DNA from: Vicugna vicugna
Lineage: Eukaryota
Assembly: GCA_013265495.1 (NCBI GenBank)
Contig: MU058781.1
Span: 10,583,009-10,647,008 of the forward strand
Length of the DNA: 64,000 nucleotides
Reading direction: 5' to 3'
The stretch's first letter is position 1, and each line of letters starts with the position of its first letter. The notes beneath the pieces are model-generated. The model ran no database searches and had not been told where the DNA came from. It saw nothing but the letters and a program-made list of their open reading frames with translations. Positions 1 to 12,589 of this stretch are shown piece by piece. The position numbers were made by a program, and so were the translations under genes.

Positions 1-24
1 TTGACAAGATTTTTATGGTGCAGG

Positions 25-185
25 GTTTCCTCCTTTTTAAAGGCTGAGTAATATTCCATTGTATGTAAAGACCACATTTTTAATCCATTCATTTGTCAAT
101 GGACATTTAGGTTATTTTCATGTTTTGGCTATTTTGAATAGTGGTGGAATCAACACTCAAATGCTAGTATTTCTTTGATATTTCT
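25..185 (-). mobile_element. L1 fragment (ORF2 end/3' region, old L1M-type), antisense
   Basis: The reverse complement reads ...aacctaaatgtccattgacaaatgaatggattaaaaatgtggt...caatggaatattactcagcctttaaaaagg, matching the remembered L1 3' consensus. Confidence 0.8.
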
Positions 186-187
186 AT

Positions 188-375
188 TTAAAAAAAAAAG
201 TGAATCCTATAATATATCACAACATGTGTGAACCCGGAGGACACTGTGCTAAATGAAATGTCAGTAACCAAAGGACAAATATTGCATGATTCTACTAATG
301 TGAAGTGACTAAAGTAAACAAACTGGTGGAAGTAAAAAAGAAAACTGTTTCTAGGAGCTGAGAGGAGGGGGAAAC
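188..375 (+). mobile_element. L1 3' fragment, sense
   Basis: caacatgtgtgaacccggaggacactgtgctaaatgaaat...aaggacaaatattgcatgattc matches the L1 segment that follows the previous fragment in the consensus. Confidence 0.75.
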
Positions 376-479
376 ACATGTTCTTTTTAAGACCCTAGAA
401 ATATGAAGATTAAAATTATAGTCATTAGTTTAAGTTCATATACAAATCACAGTAGATATTTAAGGAATTAAATCATCAA

Positions 480-2080
480 TTATTCTTGGGTTGGAGTCAG
501 GGAAAGATAATGGAGTTGTTCACAACTGAGTCTTAAGAATAAAGAATAGCTAGTTTATCAGATGAAAGAACTGGCAAGTAAAGAAATTTCTAGAATAACT
601 AAACATACTTTTAAAGGCTTGAAGATATGAGATGAGTAGGGGAGACTTCATATGATTCAGTATTATTTGAACAGGGGTAACTGAGACAGCGGGAAATGAG
701 GGTGAGAGAACCCACAGCAATGTCTCCTAAGTGATGAGGCTGATAGGGACATGCTAGATCTTAGTTTTGTAAGGAAGGCCAAGGAATTTAATATTTATTC
801 CATGGTGATGAAAGGCACTGAAAGATTAAAACAGAGGTATATTACAATAAGGCTTTTGTATCAGTACTAAAATTAAAGCAGTAATACGAAGGGTAGATGG
901 ATGGCAAAAAAGACCAGATTTAGGGGTACCCCTCAATTAACCTTTGCAATGGTCCAGACCAGAGATCATAAAGGCTTCCATGAAAGTAGCAGGAGGACAG
1001 ATGGAGAGAAAGAGAAAGAAATCAGAATTATTTAGTAGTATAATTTGAGAGGAATTAATAACCAATTATATATAGATCATGAAAAAGGGAGAAAGATTAA
1101 TAATGGCTGAATTAACTGCTTTAGGTCACTGTGTTGCTGGTCCTACTCATTGAAAAAGGACACAATATTTTAGAATGTAAACAGATTCCAGGGAAAATAA
1201 TGAATTCAGTTTTGGAAAATGTATAATTTGAGATTCATAATTGAAAAGTAAAGCAAGTCATTGGAGTTAGACTTATGAGTCATTAGCATTTATGTGGTGA
1301 CCAAGTCACTGGGATAGATAATATTGTCAAGGAATCATACCAAAAAGCATTAGAGAACCAAGGACAAACATAAGGAAGTGCTGCCATTTTAAAGGACATA
1401 TCAAGGAGGAAGAAAAATGGTCAGCAAAACAGAGGTAGAACCAGCGAGAGGAGAATCATAAAAGAAAACCTATTCAAAAATTCGGTAAAAGGTGAAAAAA
1501 AAATCCAAGGCTTACAAAAAAAAAAAACCCCCCACAAAACTATCTAAAGACAAGAATTGAAATGTGTCCACTAGTTTTGGCAATTAAGAGAGCATAGATT
1601 ATTGAGTTAGCAGCATTGGTGAGGATAGAAACCAGCTCAAATGATGGGGGAAGTATACGAGATTTAAACATGAGAAGAGAGCAAGGATAAAAGCAGGAGA
1701 ATCTTGTCTGTGGAGGAGAAGGAGGCTGGTACCGAGAAGAGAAATATGATTTAGACAGTGAGACTGACTTCATCATGTTCAGCATTTAAGAAGAAAAGTC
1801 AGAAGAGAGGTAATAGATTAAGATGGGGAGATGGAATACTTAATGAGAAAAAGTCCAGGAGAAGATGGACAGGAGTGAAATACAGTGTAGTTGAAGGACT
1901 GGCTTTGAAGAGAGCGGGGGAGAGGATGAAGATGAAGTTACGGTGCTCCCTTGAGGTGTGGATGCAAGAAGGTGACAGAGTTCTCACCTCAAGGCCTCTG
2001 TTCTCTGTGAAGGTGCATTCCAGGTTATCAGCTGGAGGGAGGTGTGGGAGGGAAAGGTTTGATCAGAATGGTTAATGTGT
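480..2080 (-). mobile_element. Highly degraded L2 LINE fragments
   Basis: Purine-rich tract with L2-like motifs (tgaattcagttttggaaaatgtataatttgag at about 1201; aatgtgtccactagttttggcaatt at about 1561); boundaries approximate. Confidence 0.55.
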
Positions 2081-2174
2081 AGAACGACCACTGAGCGACA
2101 TCACAGGGAAAATTAATCGAGGGAGCACTGGAGGCCTGACTGAGATTTGCCTTAATGAAAGTATAGCGCTGTCT

Positions 2175-2330
2175 GTTCATTCATTTATATATTAACTTAC
2201 TCAACAATCACTGACTGAGCATCTGCTATGCCCAGGGATTGTCTGGGTGTTAAAGGATGAGCAATGAATAAAATCAGAAATTGTTAATCGCATGGAGGTG
2301 GAGGAGTAAATGAGAAACAGAATATGTAAG
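2175..2330 (-). mobile_element. L2 3' end
   Basis: ttcattcattt...caacaatcactgactgagcatctgctatgcccaggg resembles the reverse complement of the L2 3' terminus. Confidence 0.65.
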
Positions 2331-3891
2331 TAAACTCTATACTATTCTGCCCTTACTTTCTGGCTTTTTCCGAATGGGGCTCACAGTTTCTATCTTCACA
2401 GGTTGATGTTAGCTCTAAGTGACCTAATTTATTGCAAATGCACTTTTTAAATGATAAAGGGTTCCACAAATGATGACCCATGACCCAGATCTTGAAAACA
2501 AATGGTGTGTTGATGAAGGCAACATAGGGACACAAGAAAAATAATAGAAGGAGAAACATGCTTTTTTCAATATAGAATAAAAATGTATTGAACCTAAATT
2601 ATGAGTGAGTGTTAATATCAACAGAGTGATTTTTGTGTGCCCACTAGGCTTTCTATGTGCTGAAAGAGGAATGACTGTAACTCAGCTATCATGGAATGGG
2701 CGGACCAGAGTCTAATCGGGGATATAGGTACTTGAGCAGATCATTTAGCACAACTTGCAAAGTATTTTGGGAGGAATCCAGAGAAAGTGCTATTGGGGCC
2801 ACAGAGGGGCGATTTGTTCTCCCGAGGAGAGCTGGTGAAGGCCTTATAACTAATAAAACAAAGGCTGATGCTAAAAAAATGGAAGGAGTTTCCCAGAGAG
2901 GTAAGCAAAAAGACATTAGAAATAACAATTCATATATTCCATTTCCACAATATTATTATGCAAAGATAGGACACTTTAAAGTCCTTGGTGATAAAACTGA
3001 CATCCCTTGCAACAGTCTTGGGCCAAAAGAAAAGGCAATTCAGTGGTGAATGTCAGTAATATCGACATGACTCAGGCCCCACGGGTGTTAGTCTTCTGCT
3101 ATACTCCATAAAAGGGAGGAGACCAAATGAAATAGTATGAACAACCATCCATCAAAACCACAGTTCTGTAAGGAGACAAATTTTGATTGAATTTCCTCAG
3201 CAGACTGTTCAGGTCTTCATGTTCATTGAAGGCTTTCATTTAAATTACCATTAAAGTAAAATTAAGTTGGTATTAACCTTGTCTATTCAAATGATGCCAC
3301 AGCAAGGTAAACACACCATTCTGATGTGCACAAAAATGAAATGATAAATTGATACATGTAGCGTTTGGAATGGATGGAGTCCTTCTAATGAGTGATTACC
3401 TGTGGTATTACTATATTGATTGTGTTTGTACATGTCAAATGAGGCTGGCAAGGATGAACTTGAAGAAATCAATCTTGGAACCTGCTAGGATAGCAGCCTC
3501 CTACTTTCCAAGGTACTAAATCATGAACTTAAAAAACAAACAAACAAATAAAACAAACAAACAAAAAAACTGCAGAGGTTTGTAAGGTACCAATCCCTTC
3601 CTGACACTATTTGACTTAGAGAAGGAATCCTTGTCAACATAAAAGACAAACCTGTGCTCAAATAATGATTTGCGGAGGCCAAATAATTACAAGAATTCAT
3701 TTGGAGACTCACAGTCTCTCAATTCCTGTTTGCCTGATACCACGAGGAAGAATCATTTCTATTTCTACTTATTTTTCTTATAATCGCAAAACTACATTTG
3801 GAGACCTACATTCTTCTGTTCTTCTTCTCTCCATACAATGATGAGTTATTTGTAAGCCTCTTTCTATATGTGGGACTTAGTCTTTATTTTA

Positions 3892-4005
3892 GGGGGAAGG
3901 TAGAGAGCATGCTTACCATGTGCGAGGTCCTGGGTTCAACCCCTAAAAACTCCATTAAATAAATAAATAAATAAACCTAATTACCTTCCTCCCAAAATAA
4001 AAAAA
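3892..4005 (+). mobile_element. Camelid tRNA-derived SINE (Vic-1-like), internally deleted
   Basis: gggggaaggtagagagcatgctta...gaggtcctgggttcaacccc (B-box-like), then (TAAA)n, cctaattacc and an A-rich tail; homologous to the copies at 51562 and 51993. Confidence 0.85.
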
Positions 4006-5290
4006 TATGTATTTATTAAAAGAGATGTGTGAAAACAAAGGTGGCAAGGTTTGTATATTCATATTTTATTGAGAACCACCCCGGAGTAGGTGGGGATACG
4101 TGTGTACGGGTACACGTGGGTGAGTACACACCTCCACACACAAACCACGTACACACACACACACATATTCACGTGTGATAGAGTGTGTCCTCTGGTAATG
4201 GTTGGCAGGCCGAATGAAGTGTCACTGCCCACTTGCCCTCTTATGTTGGAATTCACCTTAAGAGAGTCTGAGGACCTGCGAAACTCCCATCTGCGTGAAA
4301 TGACTTTTGCATCTATTCCAGAGGAAAACTCCTGAGGCAGATTTGGAGTGAAGGCTGCTATCAGAGCAGATAAAACAATGCAAAGCCCATGTCCTGCATA
4401 CACTCCACCTCTGTGGAAGCATGGCATCCTCTTGGTTTCTGAAGAGAGGCTTAGGAAACCCAGGGCTAGATGCCCAGGTAGGAACTTACTGACCCAAATC
4501 TCTTCCTTATGCTGGAGGATGATATTTTCATGTTGGTTTTTTTTTTTCCTTTTAAAAAGGAAAGACATGCATAATGTCTAGATCATCCTGACATAGCCAC
4601 CTGGAGGAGTAATTCATTTCCAAATTTGCCTGGTGATTTTTCTTTCCCACAATAGTAAAAACAGGCCAGTTCAGGGACAAGAAGGACTTTACAGTAGCAA
4701 CAGAATATCACCTATTGGTATGTCACTTTTATTGCTTTTAACTCATGCTTTTAGACACTTCAGGAAAAAATAAAAACCCTTATCTCATGTCTCTCTGGTT
4801 ATAAAAGAATTCACCCCTTTTATCTTCCTTTACTGGTTGTTAATATAACTATAGCAGTAGTTATAGAGACAAGTAGAGAAGAATAGGATGTTTTTACATA
4901 ATGAATTTGCCAGTGATTTCTGTTTGTCAACATCATGTCATCTTATCTACATCTTATCTAACAACTAAGTTAGGCTAAAAAGTGAAATCACCAAATCGTC
5001 ACTCTTCTGGGATTATCTAGGATTATCTGGGATGGAACAGTCCCCTGAGAAGGCTAACACACAGACTCTGCTGGTGGGTTACAAGGACCACCTCCCTTAA
5101 GTGAGCAAGGGATGATAGGAATACAGGAGATTAGCATGTTCACTTCATTAGCTGTTTATCTCAATTCCTATCATGATTCTAATCAGCTCTTTCTCAACCA
5201 CTGGCGCTTAAACAGACGAGGGTGTGGCTCACTGTGGGAGTGGACATTGTTCTTAGGAGTGTACGGAGTCTGAGCTACAAGGATGGGATT

Positions 5291-5437
5291 TTTCTTTTTT
5301 TTCTTTATTGAAGTACAGTCAGTTACAATGTGTCAAATTCTGGTGCACAGCACAATGTCCCAGTCATGCATATACATACATATATTCCTTCTCATATTCT
5401 TTTTCATTAAAGGTTATTACAAGATATTGAATATAGT
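5291..5437 (-). mobile_element. 5'-truncated camelid L1 3' end with target-site duplication
   Basis: Poly-T, then ttattgaagtacagtcagttacaatgtgtcaa...gatattgaatatagt; flanked by 20-bp direct repeats at 5271-5290 (tgagctacaaggatgggatt) and 5438-5457 (tgagctacagggatggtatt), 2 mismatches. Confidence 0.9.
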
Positions 5438-8400
5438 TGAGCTACAGGGATGGTATTCTGATTCTGTAACTTAACACAGGACTTTTAGCCAAGGATATTC
5501 TAAAGGAAAATTACATGGGATGTACCTTCTCCTTAATCTCTCTAATACTATATAGATGAAATCCAGCTGAAATGAAATTTGAGAGCTTCACTAGGGGAAA
5601 ATTTAACAAGAAGACACTGCTGCAAGTGTGAGGACAGAGGGAGGGCGAATCTTTCATAGCGATGCCTTGTAGCATTCTCCCTTGACTAATGGCACCCCTG
5701 ATCTCAGGACAGAAGGAGAAAAGGAGTCTTCCTTTTAATTTTTTCTATAACCTGCAAAGTGGCTAGTTGGCAATTTTTCCACAAAGGACTAGATGTTAGA
5801 GTTCTCCTTCAGGCTTTGGTTGGGAAAATGGACAAAGGCGAAGATGTCCTTCACCAGCAAGAGGCAACCCTAGAATTCAGGATGTCTCATCTATTGTTTT
5901 CTCATCTACCTATCAAGAGACGGATGCTTTAGTTGTATTTTTGGCTTATTCCAAGGGGGAAGCCAGAAAGAAGTAGAAAGGATCATTTCTGATTAATAGC
6001 AGAAACTCTTTTCCAAACACAAATATATAAGATCTCTTTTAAAAGCTCTGAGATAAGTCGAGAGCTAGAAACTATTCTTGCAAATAGAAGTTTTTAAAGA
6101 GAAAAAATAGTAAAAAAAAAAAAAAAGAGAGAGAGAGAAAGAAATGGATGTATCTTACTTGGTTTTACCAACTCACAGGACTATTAGTTAATCCTAAATT
6201 CATTAATAAATAATATTGCAAAGTAAAATAATTGTTTGAATGTTTAGATGCTTTAAGATTTTTCTCTCTCTCTTTGTCCCTTTCACCTTAATGAATATTA
6301 TAAATACTTTAAAAGATGATAGCTTCCTAAATGAAGCACTGTTCATATGGGTTAGCTGTCAGGCACATTTTTATTATTTTAAAATTCAGCTACACAGCTG
6401 ACCCAAGGTCTTACATTCTCAATTTTTGGACCCATAGGGTGTGAAACTCATTTTTGTTTTTTTTTCAGGAAGCAATGTATATAATTAAATTATTGTGACT
6501 ATGGATTTTTAATTTGGTCCAGCCTGTTCATATACTTTAAATTGAGTTGGTTTATTTTAAAAGTATAGTAGAATGGTGGCTGCAAGAGAACAGTAGGTGT
6601 TTCTGAATCTGTACACATTTTGTAAGTGAAATTAGTATTGAAGCTTAAGCTTCTTGAAGGCTGTTAGAGAGTACTGATCTGTCTTGGAGGCATTGCTGAT
6701 GAAATCTTGGACTGGGCCTAGCAAACATAAAATTAAAAAAAAATGGAGAACCCACACTGATCACTAAGGTCAGAGAGCCCTAAGAAGTAGTCACTGTGGC
6801 ATGACATGCAGGTTTTACTTTCCTTTCCACTTGGCTAAGAGTAACACCACCAGCAATACATTCTCATTAAATAATATATTATAAAGGTAATTTCCAAATT
6901 TTAGAACTTTCCAACATGCACAGAAGCATTAAGAAAAAAATTAAAATCACCTCTAATCCATCATCCATCAGCTACCAGACAGCCAATGTGAATATTATAC
7001 ATTCTGTATCAGCTTCCAGTGTTTCTATGCTTAATTTCCACAGCATTCTAAAAACTATAGAAGGCTATACTCTGCTCTGTTACTAGAATTATTATGGAAG
7101 CATTTCCCATGCCACTGAAAATTAGTTGAAGCGTGAATCTCAAAAATAAAGTATATATAGACAGAGAAGTGATTAAGGGCATTGCTTCATTAAGTAGTGA
7201 ATTTTGTGTGTGCGTGTGGGTCTGTGTGATGTTTAGGGAAAGTGTCATACTTAAAGCACTCATTGTGTGAATCTTGCATTTTGTTTTTTGAAAGAATGTC
7301 AGAATTAACTCAAAAATAGATTTAAGACCATAGACGTCAGTCACCTGGAGTATAGGATAATACTTTTATAAACAGAGATCCCATAACAGTCCATTTCACT
7401 ATTATAAAATATTACATCTAAATTAGAACTAGCATAGCAAACATTTTTCCATATTGTTAACATCTATAAAATCTTTTTTGCACAGGATTATGTGCCTTTT
7501 CCCCACCTAGGCAGCTCCACCTCCTTATTCTGTAATCTTCCATATCAAAATTTTAACTATAGAAAATTAGCTCTTGATTTTCCTTACAAGCTGAAGCTCA
7601 AGTTGCTTATCCTAAAACCAAAAATGGACTATTAATATTAATATCATAGCCATATCTTTTCCAACAATTACATCTATTTCATGAATAACTATAAAAATAA
7701 CTTTACTGTTGAAAACGTGAATTCTACAACTCAGTGTCATTATCGTTGAATCTGCTATAGGTTCAACTCCTCCATAGAAAATCCATTGCTCCCACTCTCT
7801 TATTTAGTTCTCTAGTTTACTTCCTTACTTTTTTCTGCCATCCTTAGCCCTCCTACCTTTTTCATACCCACTGCCTTTTTTCCTTCATTTTTCGTTTATT
7901 CCTTTTCTCTTTCCATTTTTTTGTACCTTTAGGCAATTAACTTAATTGCACACGTGGACTTTGTAAAATTAATCGAAATGCATCGAATGCTAACTCTGTG
8001 TACACACCTTGTGTCTTCCTCTGCTACCTGGAGGCAGGTGCTGATTTCAGCAGCATTGCAGACATGACTCTGATATCAGGAATGAATGTTATCACTGCAC
8101 CAATCTCTATTATAAACTCAGCTTCTCTTATATGGACAGAACAACAAATGAACCGAAAACTCCACCAACCTTGGAGAGCCCTCAAGGTGCTAATGTTTGA
8201 CAGCAATAAAAGCCTTAAATGGTTTGGGGACCATCGGTCCCTGCCTTGTAAAGTATTCATGAAGTGGAATTACGATGACCTGCTACCTTGATATGATTTC
8301 CAGTGCCTCAAGCACTCCCTGCATTCAGTTTGACCTCCTTTGCTACCTTTGACATTGATCTACTCCTGAGATTGTAGCTATCGACTTTATGTTTGTACCT

Positions 8401-9497
8401 GAGATTAAAGTTGGAAACAAAAGTCACCATAACGTGCCTGCCTATAAGTGCAGGGGCCGCTATCGCAGTCTTTGTACTAATTAGGGTGGTGCTTGTTGAA
8501 GAGTCCATTTGGAAAACAAGATCTTCAGGGACTCGAGTTGTGATGAAGCTACTGCAGAAGGTCGCAGGGAGAAGAGGAAGAAAAAGAATGGTTGCAACAC
8601 TAAGAACAGTTCCTGAATTATAGAAGGAAATCAGAGGGAGAGGCTGAAAATGGCCACACGCACTTTGTGTTTGATATTGGCTCATCCAATACACTCAGCT
8701 AGAAATGACCAAATCTGTGTTTTCCCCTCTCCTCGTGGAACTTGCTGAGATACCTCCCTGAGTTTCATTTCCATGACTCTTTCCAGTCTACTTGCCTTAC
8801 AACCTGGTAGCTTTTTTATTTGGTGCCCCATACACAGTATGGTCTGGAGTTTTGTGGGGTTTTTTTCCCCTCTAGCCTTCATCATAATTTTCCATGTTTT
8901 CCCATGCCCTTTCTGGGGTTTTTTTTCTCACCATGATTAGCAGTTTGCAAAAGGTAGCAATTTTTTCTTGTTTTCTTTTTTCTCTTGCTTTCTCCATCTT
9001 TTACCCTTTCTTCCTCTTCCCCCGTTTCTGGGACTATCCTTCAGCTATTTAGAATAAAGGCAGAATTGCGTAATTAAGAATGTAATGCCAATAGGGAAAA
9101 AGAAAAGTACCTTCCAGATACTAAAAGAAGGAGCAGAGGAGAGAGGAAGGCAGTACAGCAAGTCTGATAACGTGAGAGCCCGACCTTTCAGGCACAGGGG
9201 CTTCTTTCTCTAGCTAATTTCTACTTGGAAACAAAAGGTTTTTCAGAGAATGGGGAGAAAGAGGCAACTGATTGATGCTCCAATTTGCATTTCTGTTCAC
9301 ATAATAGTCTTGTTCAATTGACTAGAGAAAGGTTCTTTTTTCTTGTTACAAATGGAAGCACCTGTTTAAAAATAGTTGAATCAAATTTTATTCACAATTA
9401 CTATTTTTCTTGAACTTGTCCCTGATAACCAAAGAAATAAATTCTGACAACTATTAGGGTTTTTTTTTTTTTCCCAAATCTGCACTAAATAACTTGA

Positions 9498-9675
9498 GGT
9501 AGTGGGGCATGGTAAGAAAGAACATTCTCTCAAGTGTCAGAAGATGTAGGTTATAATCTAAACTCTGTCACGAACTGTGTGATATTAAGTAAATCACTGA
9601 AACTTCTACATCTCTATTTCTCTTCTTATGAAATTAGGAGTTTGTATTAGATAATCTGTAATACCCCTTTCAATC
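9498..9675 (+). mobile_element. MIR SINE
   Basis: Degenerate MIR core (ctgtgtgatattaagtaaatcactgaaacttct...tttctcttcttatgaaattagg). Confidence 0.7.
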
Positions 9676-11387
9676 ATTTTACATTTACAAATCAAAAACC
9701 TTATCTCAGGAGTAGAAAAGGACTGGACCCCATCTTTTGTAGGAAAGCCACCCCCACTCTCTCTGGGAGAAAGGTGCCGACAGGGGTTCTACCAACACAG
9801 CTTCATTACAGGGGCTAATTGACGTTTTTTCTGACCTGAACGAATTGGAATAGATAGGCTCTGATTTTGCCACAGAAATGTACAGTGAAAAAAATCTATA
9901 AATTATCCATAGCCCTTGTAAACACCATCACCTAGGAACCACATTTCCAAAATCTTATGTTTCCAGAATCGTTGGGTTGCCATCTGCTATGGCTGACAGA
10001 AGTCTGGAAAATTCTCTGGTGCTTTGAAAATATTCTAGTTCTTTACTGCTGAATTCTGTTGCATCATTCTGTAAGTTGTTGCTAGTGAGGCAGGGGACTG
10101 GAAAGAATTGTGTTAGTAATGTTTTTAAAAAGAGGAAATACATTAAAAAATATATCCAGTTAAAGTAGTGATTCCTCGTGAAACTAGACTACAGGCTTCT
10201 CTTTAAAGGCATAAAAATAATTTTGTTATCTCTATCTCCTGATGGGTAAATTCAGAGTCAGGCACACAAAAATCATCCTACTGATGACTGAGAAATGCTG
10301 AATATTCTGATATTTAAAAAAAATAATTTAAAGTAATGGTGTGCTGAAAGTGATGATAATTTTTTGTATGAAAACATTCAATTTACCATTCATTCAGTGG
10401 AAAAGAACTAATATAGCCTGCTAAGCATTTGCTTACTACTTTGATTTAATTTCTATTTCTTCCTCCATCCCTCTACCCTTTCCATTCTTTCTACCTCTGC
10501 TCCTCTATTATAAAAGGATTCAGGATGGAGCTGCATGAAATTGACTTGCTGAAATTTCCTCTGAGACATCTTACTGTCTCCTGCATGCTCCTCCCCCTAT
10601 GCCCCTCCCCCTCCCCTCCTCTCTCCCCTCCTTTCTCCTCCCTCTCCACCCATTTTTCCTTCATTACTCAGTCCTGGCTTTGCCTCTTCCTGGAAACCTT
10701 CACTGACAGCTTCAGCTTGCTAAGATGCTTTTCTGTGTGTTAACACAGCATCCTAAGTTTACCTTTTCCAGTAGCACTAATCAGATTTCAAACTAGTATG
10801 TTGGCTTCATTGGTAAAAATTGAGAAACTATATCCCCATACAAATGATCTCCGGAATCTGCATCACTGATAACAATTCAGTAGGAAGCTTTCAGCCCGGT
10901 CCATTTGTTTTCCCCAATTTTCTCCTCTATCAGGAACACCACTTTCCATTCTCCACAATGTAGGAGATGCTGTCTTGCTAATTTCTGACACTTTCTTTTT
11001 TAGCAAAACCTTCATATTTTTTCCCTGATTTCCTTTATTCAATTCTCCTTTTGCTATCTGGCTTATAGGCATCAAAAACAGTGAAGATGCTGCAGAACTA
11101 TCTGCCCTTTCAACCTTTATGGGAGAAGCTCTTACAGCCACTAATTATCCCAAAGATTAAACACAAATTCCTAGTCATGTGGTTCCAGCAGTGCATTATT
11201 TAGGGCCGTGCTACTGACTTCTCCAGCTAGAAATAACTGCTCTTTCCTTTCTAAGCACACAAGGATTCACGCATTCCTTTCCCATTTCAAGATGGTTACA
11301 TTCTTCTGTTTTTTCTCCTCCTATAAAACTCAAGCCTTGAGAAAGTTTTAGCAGTCTTACTCTATTCAAGAGAGTAATTAGATAGAA

Positions 11388-11415
11388 ACACACACACACA
11401 CACACACACACACAC
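11388..11415. repeat. (CA)n microsatellite, about 14 units
   Basis: Read directly from the sequence. Confidence 0.95.
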
Positions 11416-12505
11416 CATGAACCCAATTTTATAGCCAGGATATGCTGGATAATTGCATTGAAGACTTACTAAAACTGTGCAGAGGAAAATAAAATAACCA
11501 TGAGAGGAAGAAAATTATCTTGTTGGGTGGTTTAGGCATATACTTGTCTAAAGGATGGGATAAAACAAGTTTTTAAAAAATTCTTTTATATTTATTTTTG
11601 CACTCAGATGCAACTCGTATTTCCCTTTTGAATTCATGATAATTGTGAAGTATATTCTCACATCTAGTCCTGCAACAGTAAAACACACAGCTGGGAGAAA
11701 ACATTTACACAAGCTACTAGAAGGCTTCTGCTAATTCAAGTCATGTGGGATTGCATAATGCATTCATTTCCAAGTATTCTAATATTGTGTAATAAAACAC
11801 ACCTGTAATAGAAATTAAAACATTTATAATAAGATATACATTGCAAGAACCCCTTGACATTTCAAATAAACAAAAGATCCATATTTGCCAGAATTTTAAC
11901 AAGCAGTTGTTCAAACCATGTATTTTCACACATATGCTAATTATTGTACTATGAATAGCCAATAATTGATTAAAAGGTATTTTGCAGATGTTAAATCTGT
12001 ACAAATACATAATCAACCAAAGAATTAAAAAAAAAAACCCAATAGCCAAAGGATGAGACAGAAAATAATCACACTCCCATTACTTTAATAAATGAACTCA
12101 AGATATAGGTTTCCTATGAAACAATAAAACAAAATGTGTTTTTTTATTACATTTCATGAGCCTGTGACTAATAATATTGGAATCTAATGTGGGCAAACTG
12201 TCTTTAATTCACAGATGTGGGGGCCCTTCTGGTTACTGAAATGTCAAACAAGGTAAGTTGGTGAAAGTACGTAGAACCAAAAATGAGATAGTCTTGAAAT
12301 TTATGAAGTAGCTATAAAAACATGGAGTAGTGTTAAAAACAAACAGCTATACTATCTGTGGGAAAATATTACTGAGTATTTTTAATCTTTTCTTTGATAT
12401 GTTGAAGTATTTTAGGTTAACCCTGCTGTAGATTAGGTGAAGGAAAGAAGAAACACTTCTTTACAGCGTGCTCCCTATGCCAAATGTTATCACATAGAAG
12501 ATCGA

Positions 12506-12537
<32 letters not shown>

Positions 12538-12555
12538 CCTACCTACCTACCTATC
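12506..12555. repeat. Compound tetranucleotide microsatellite (TCTG)n(TCTA)n(CCTA)n
   Basis: Read directly from the sequence. Confidence 0.95.
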
Positions 12556-12589
12556 ATCTGCCTAGTAATCTATTTATTATACATCTATT

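Noticed and set aside
4059..4568. Longest ORF in the window (169 aa, minus strand)
   Set aside because: It includes a translated TG repeat (CVCVYVVCV) and an A-run, and has no recognisable domain
10509..10743. TATAAAAG followed by a 72-aa ORF
   Set aside because: The ATG lies only about 16 bp after the TATA start, upstream of the expected TSS, and the ORF runs through low-complexity pyrimidine sequence
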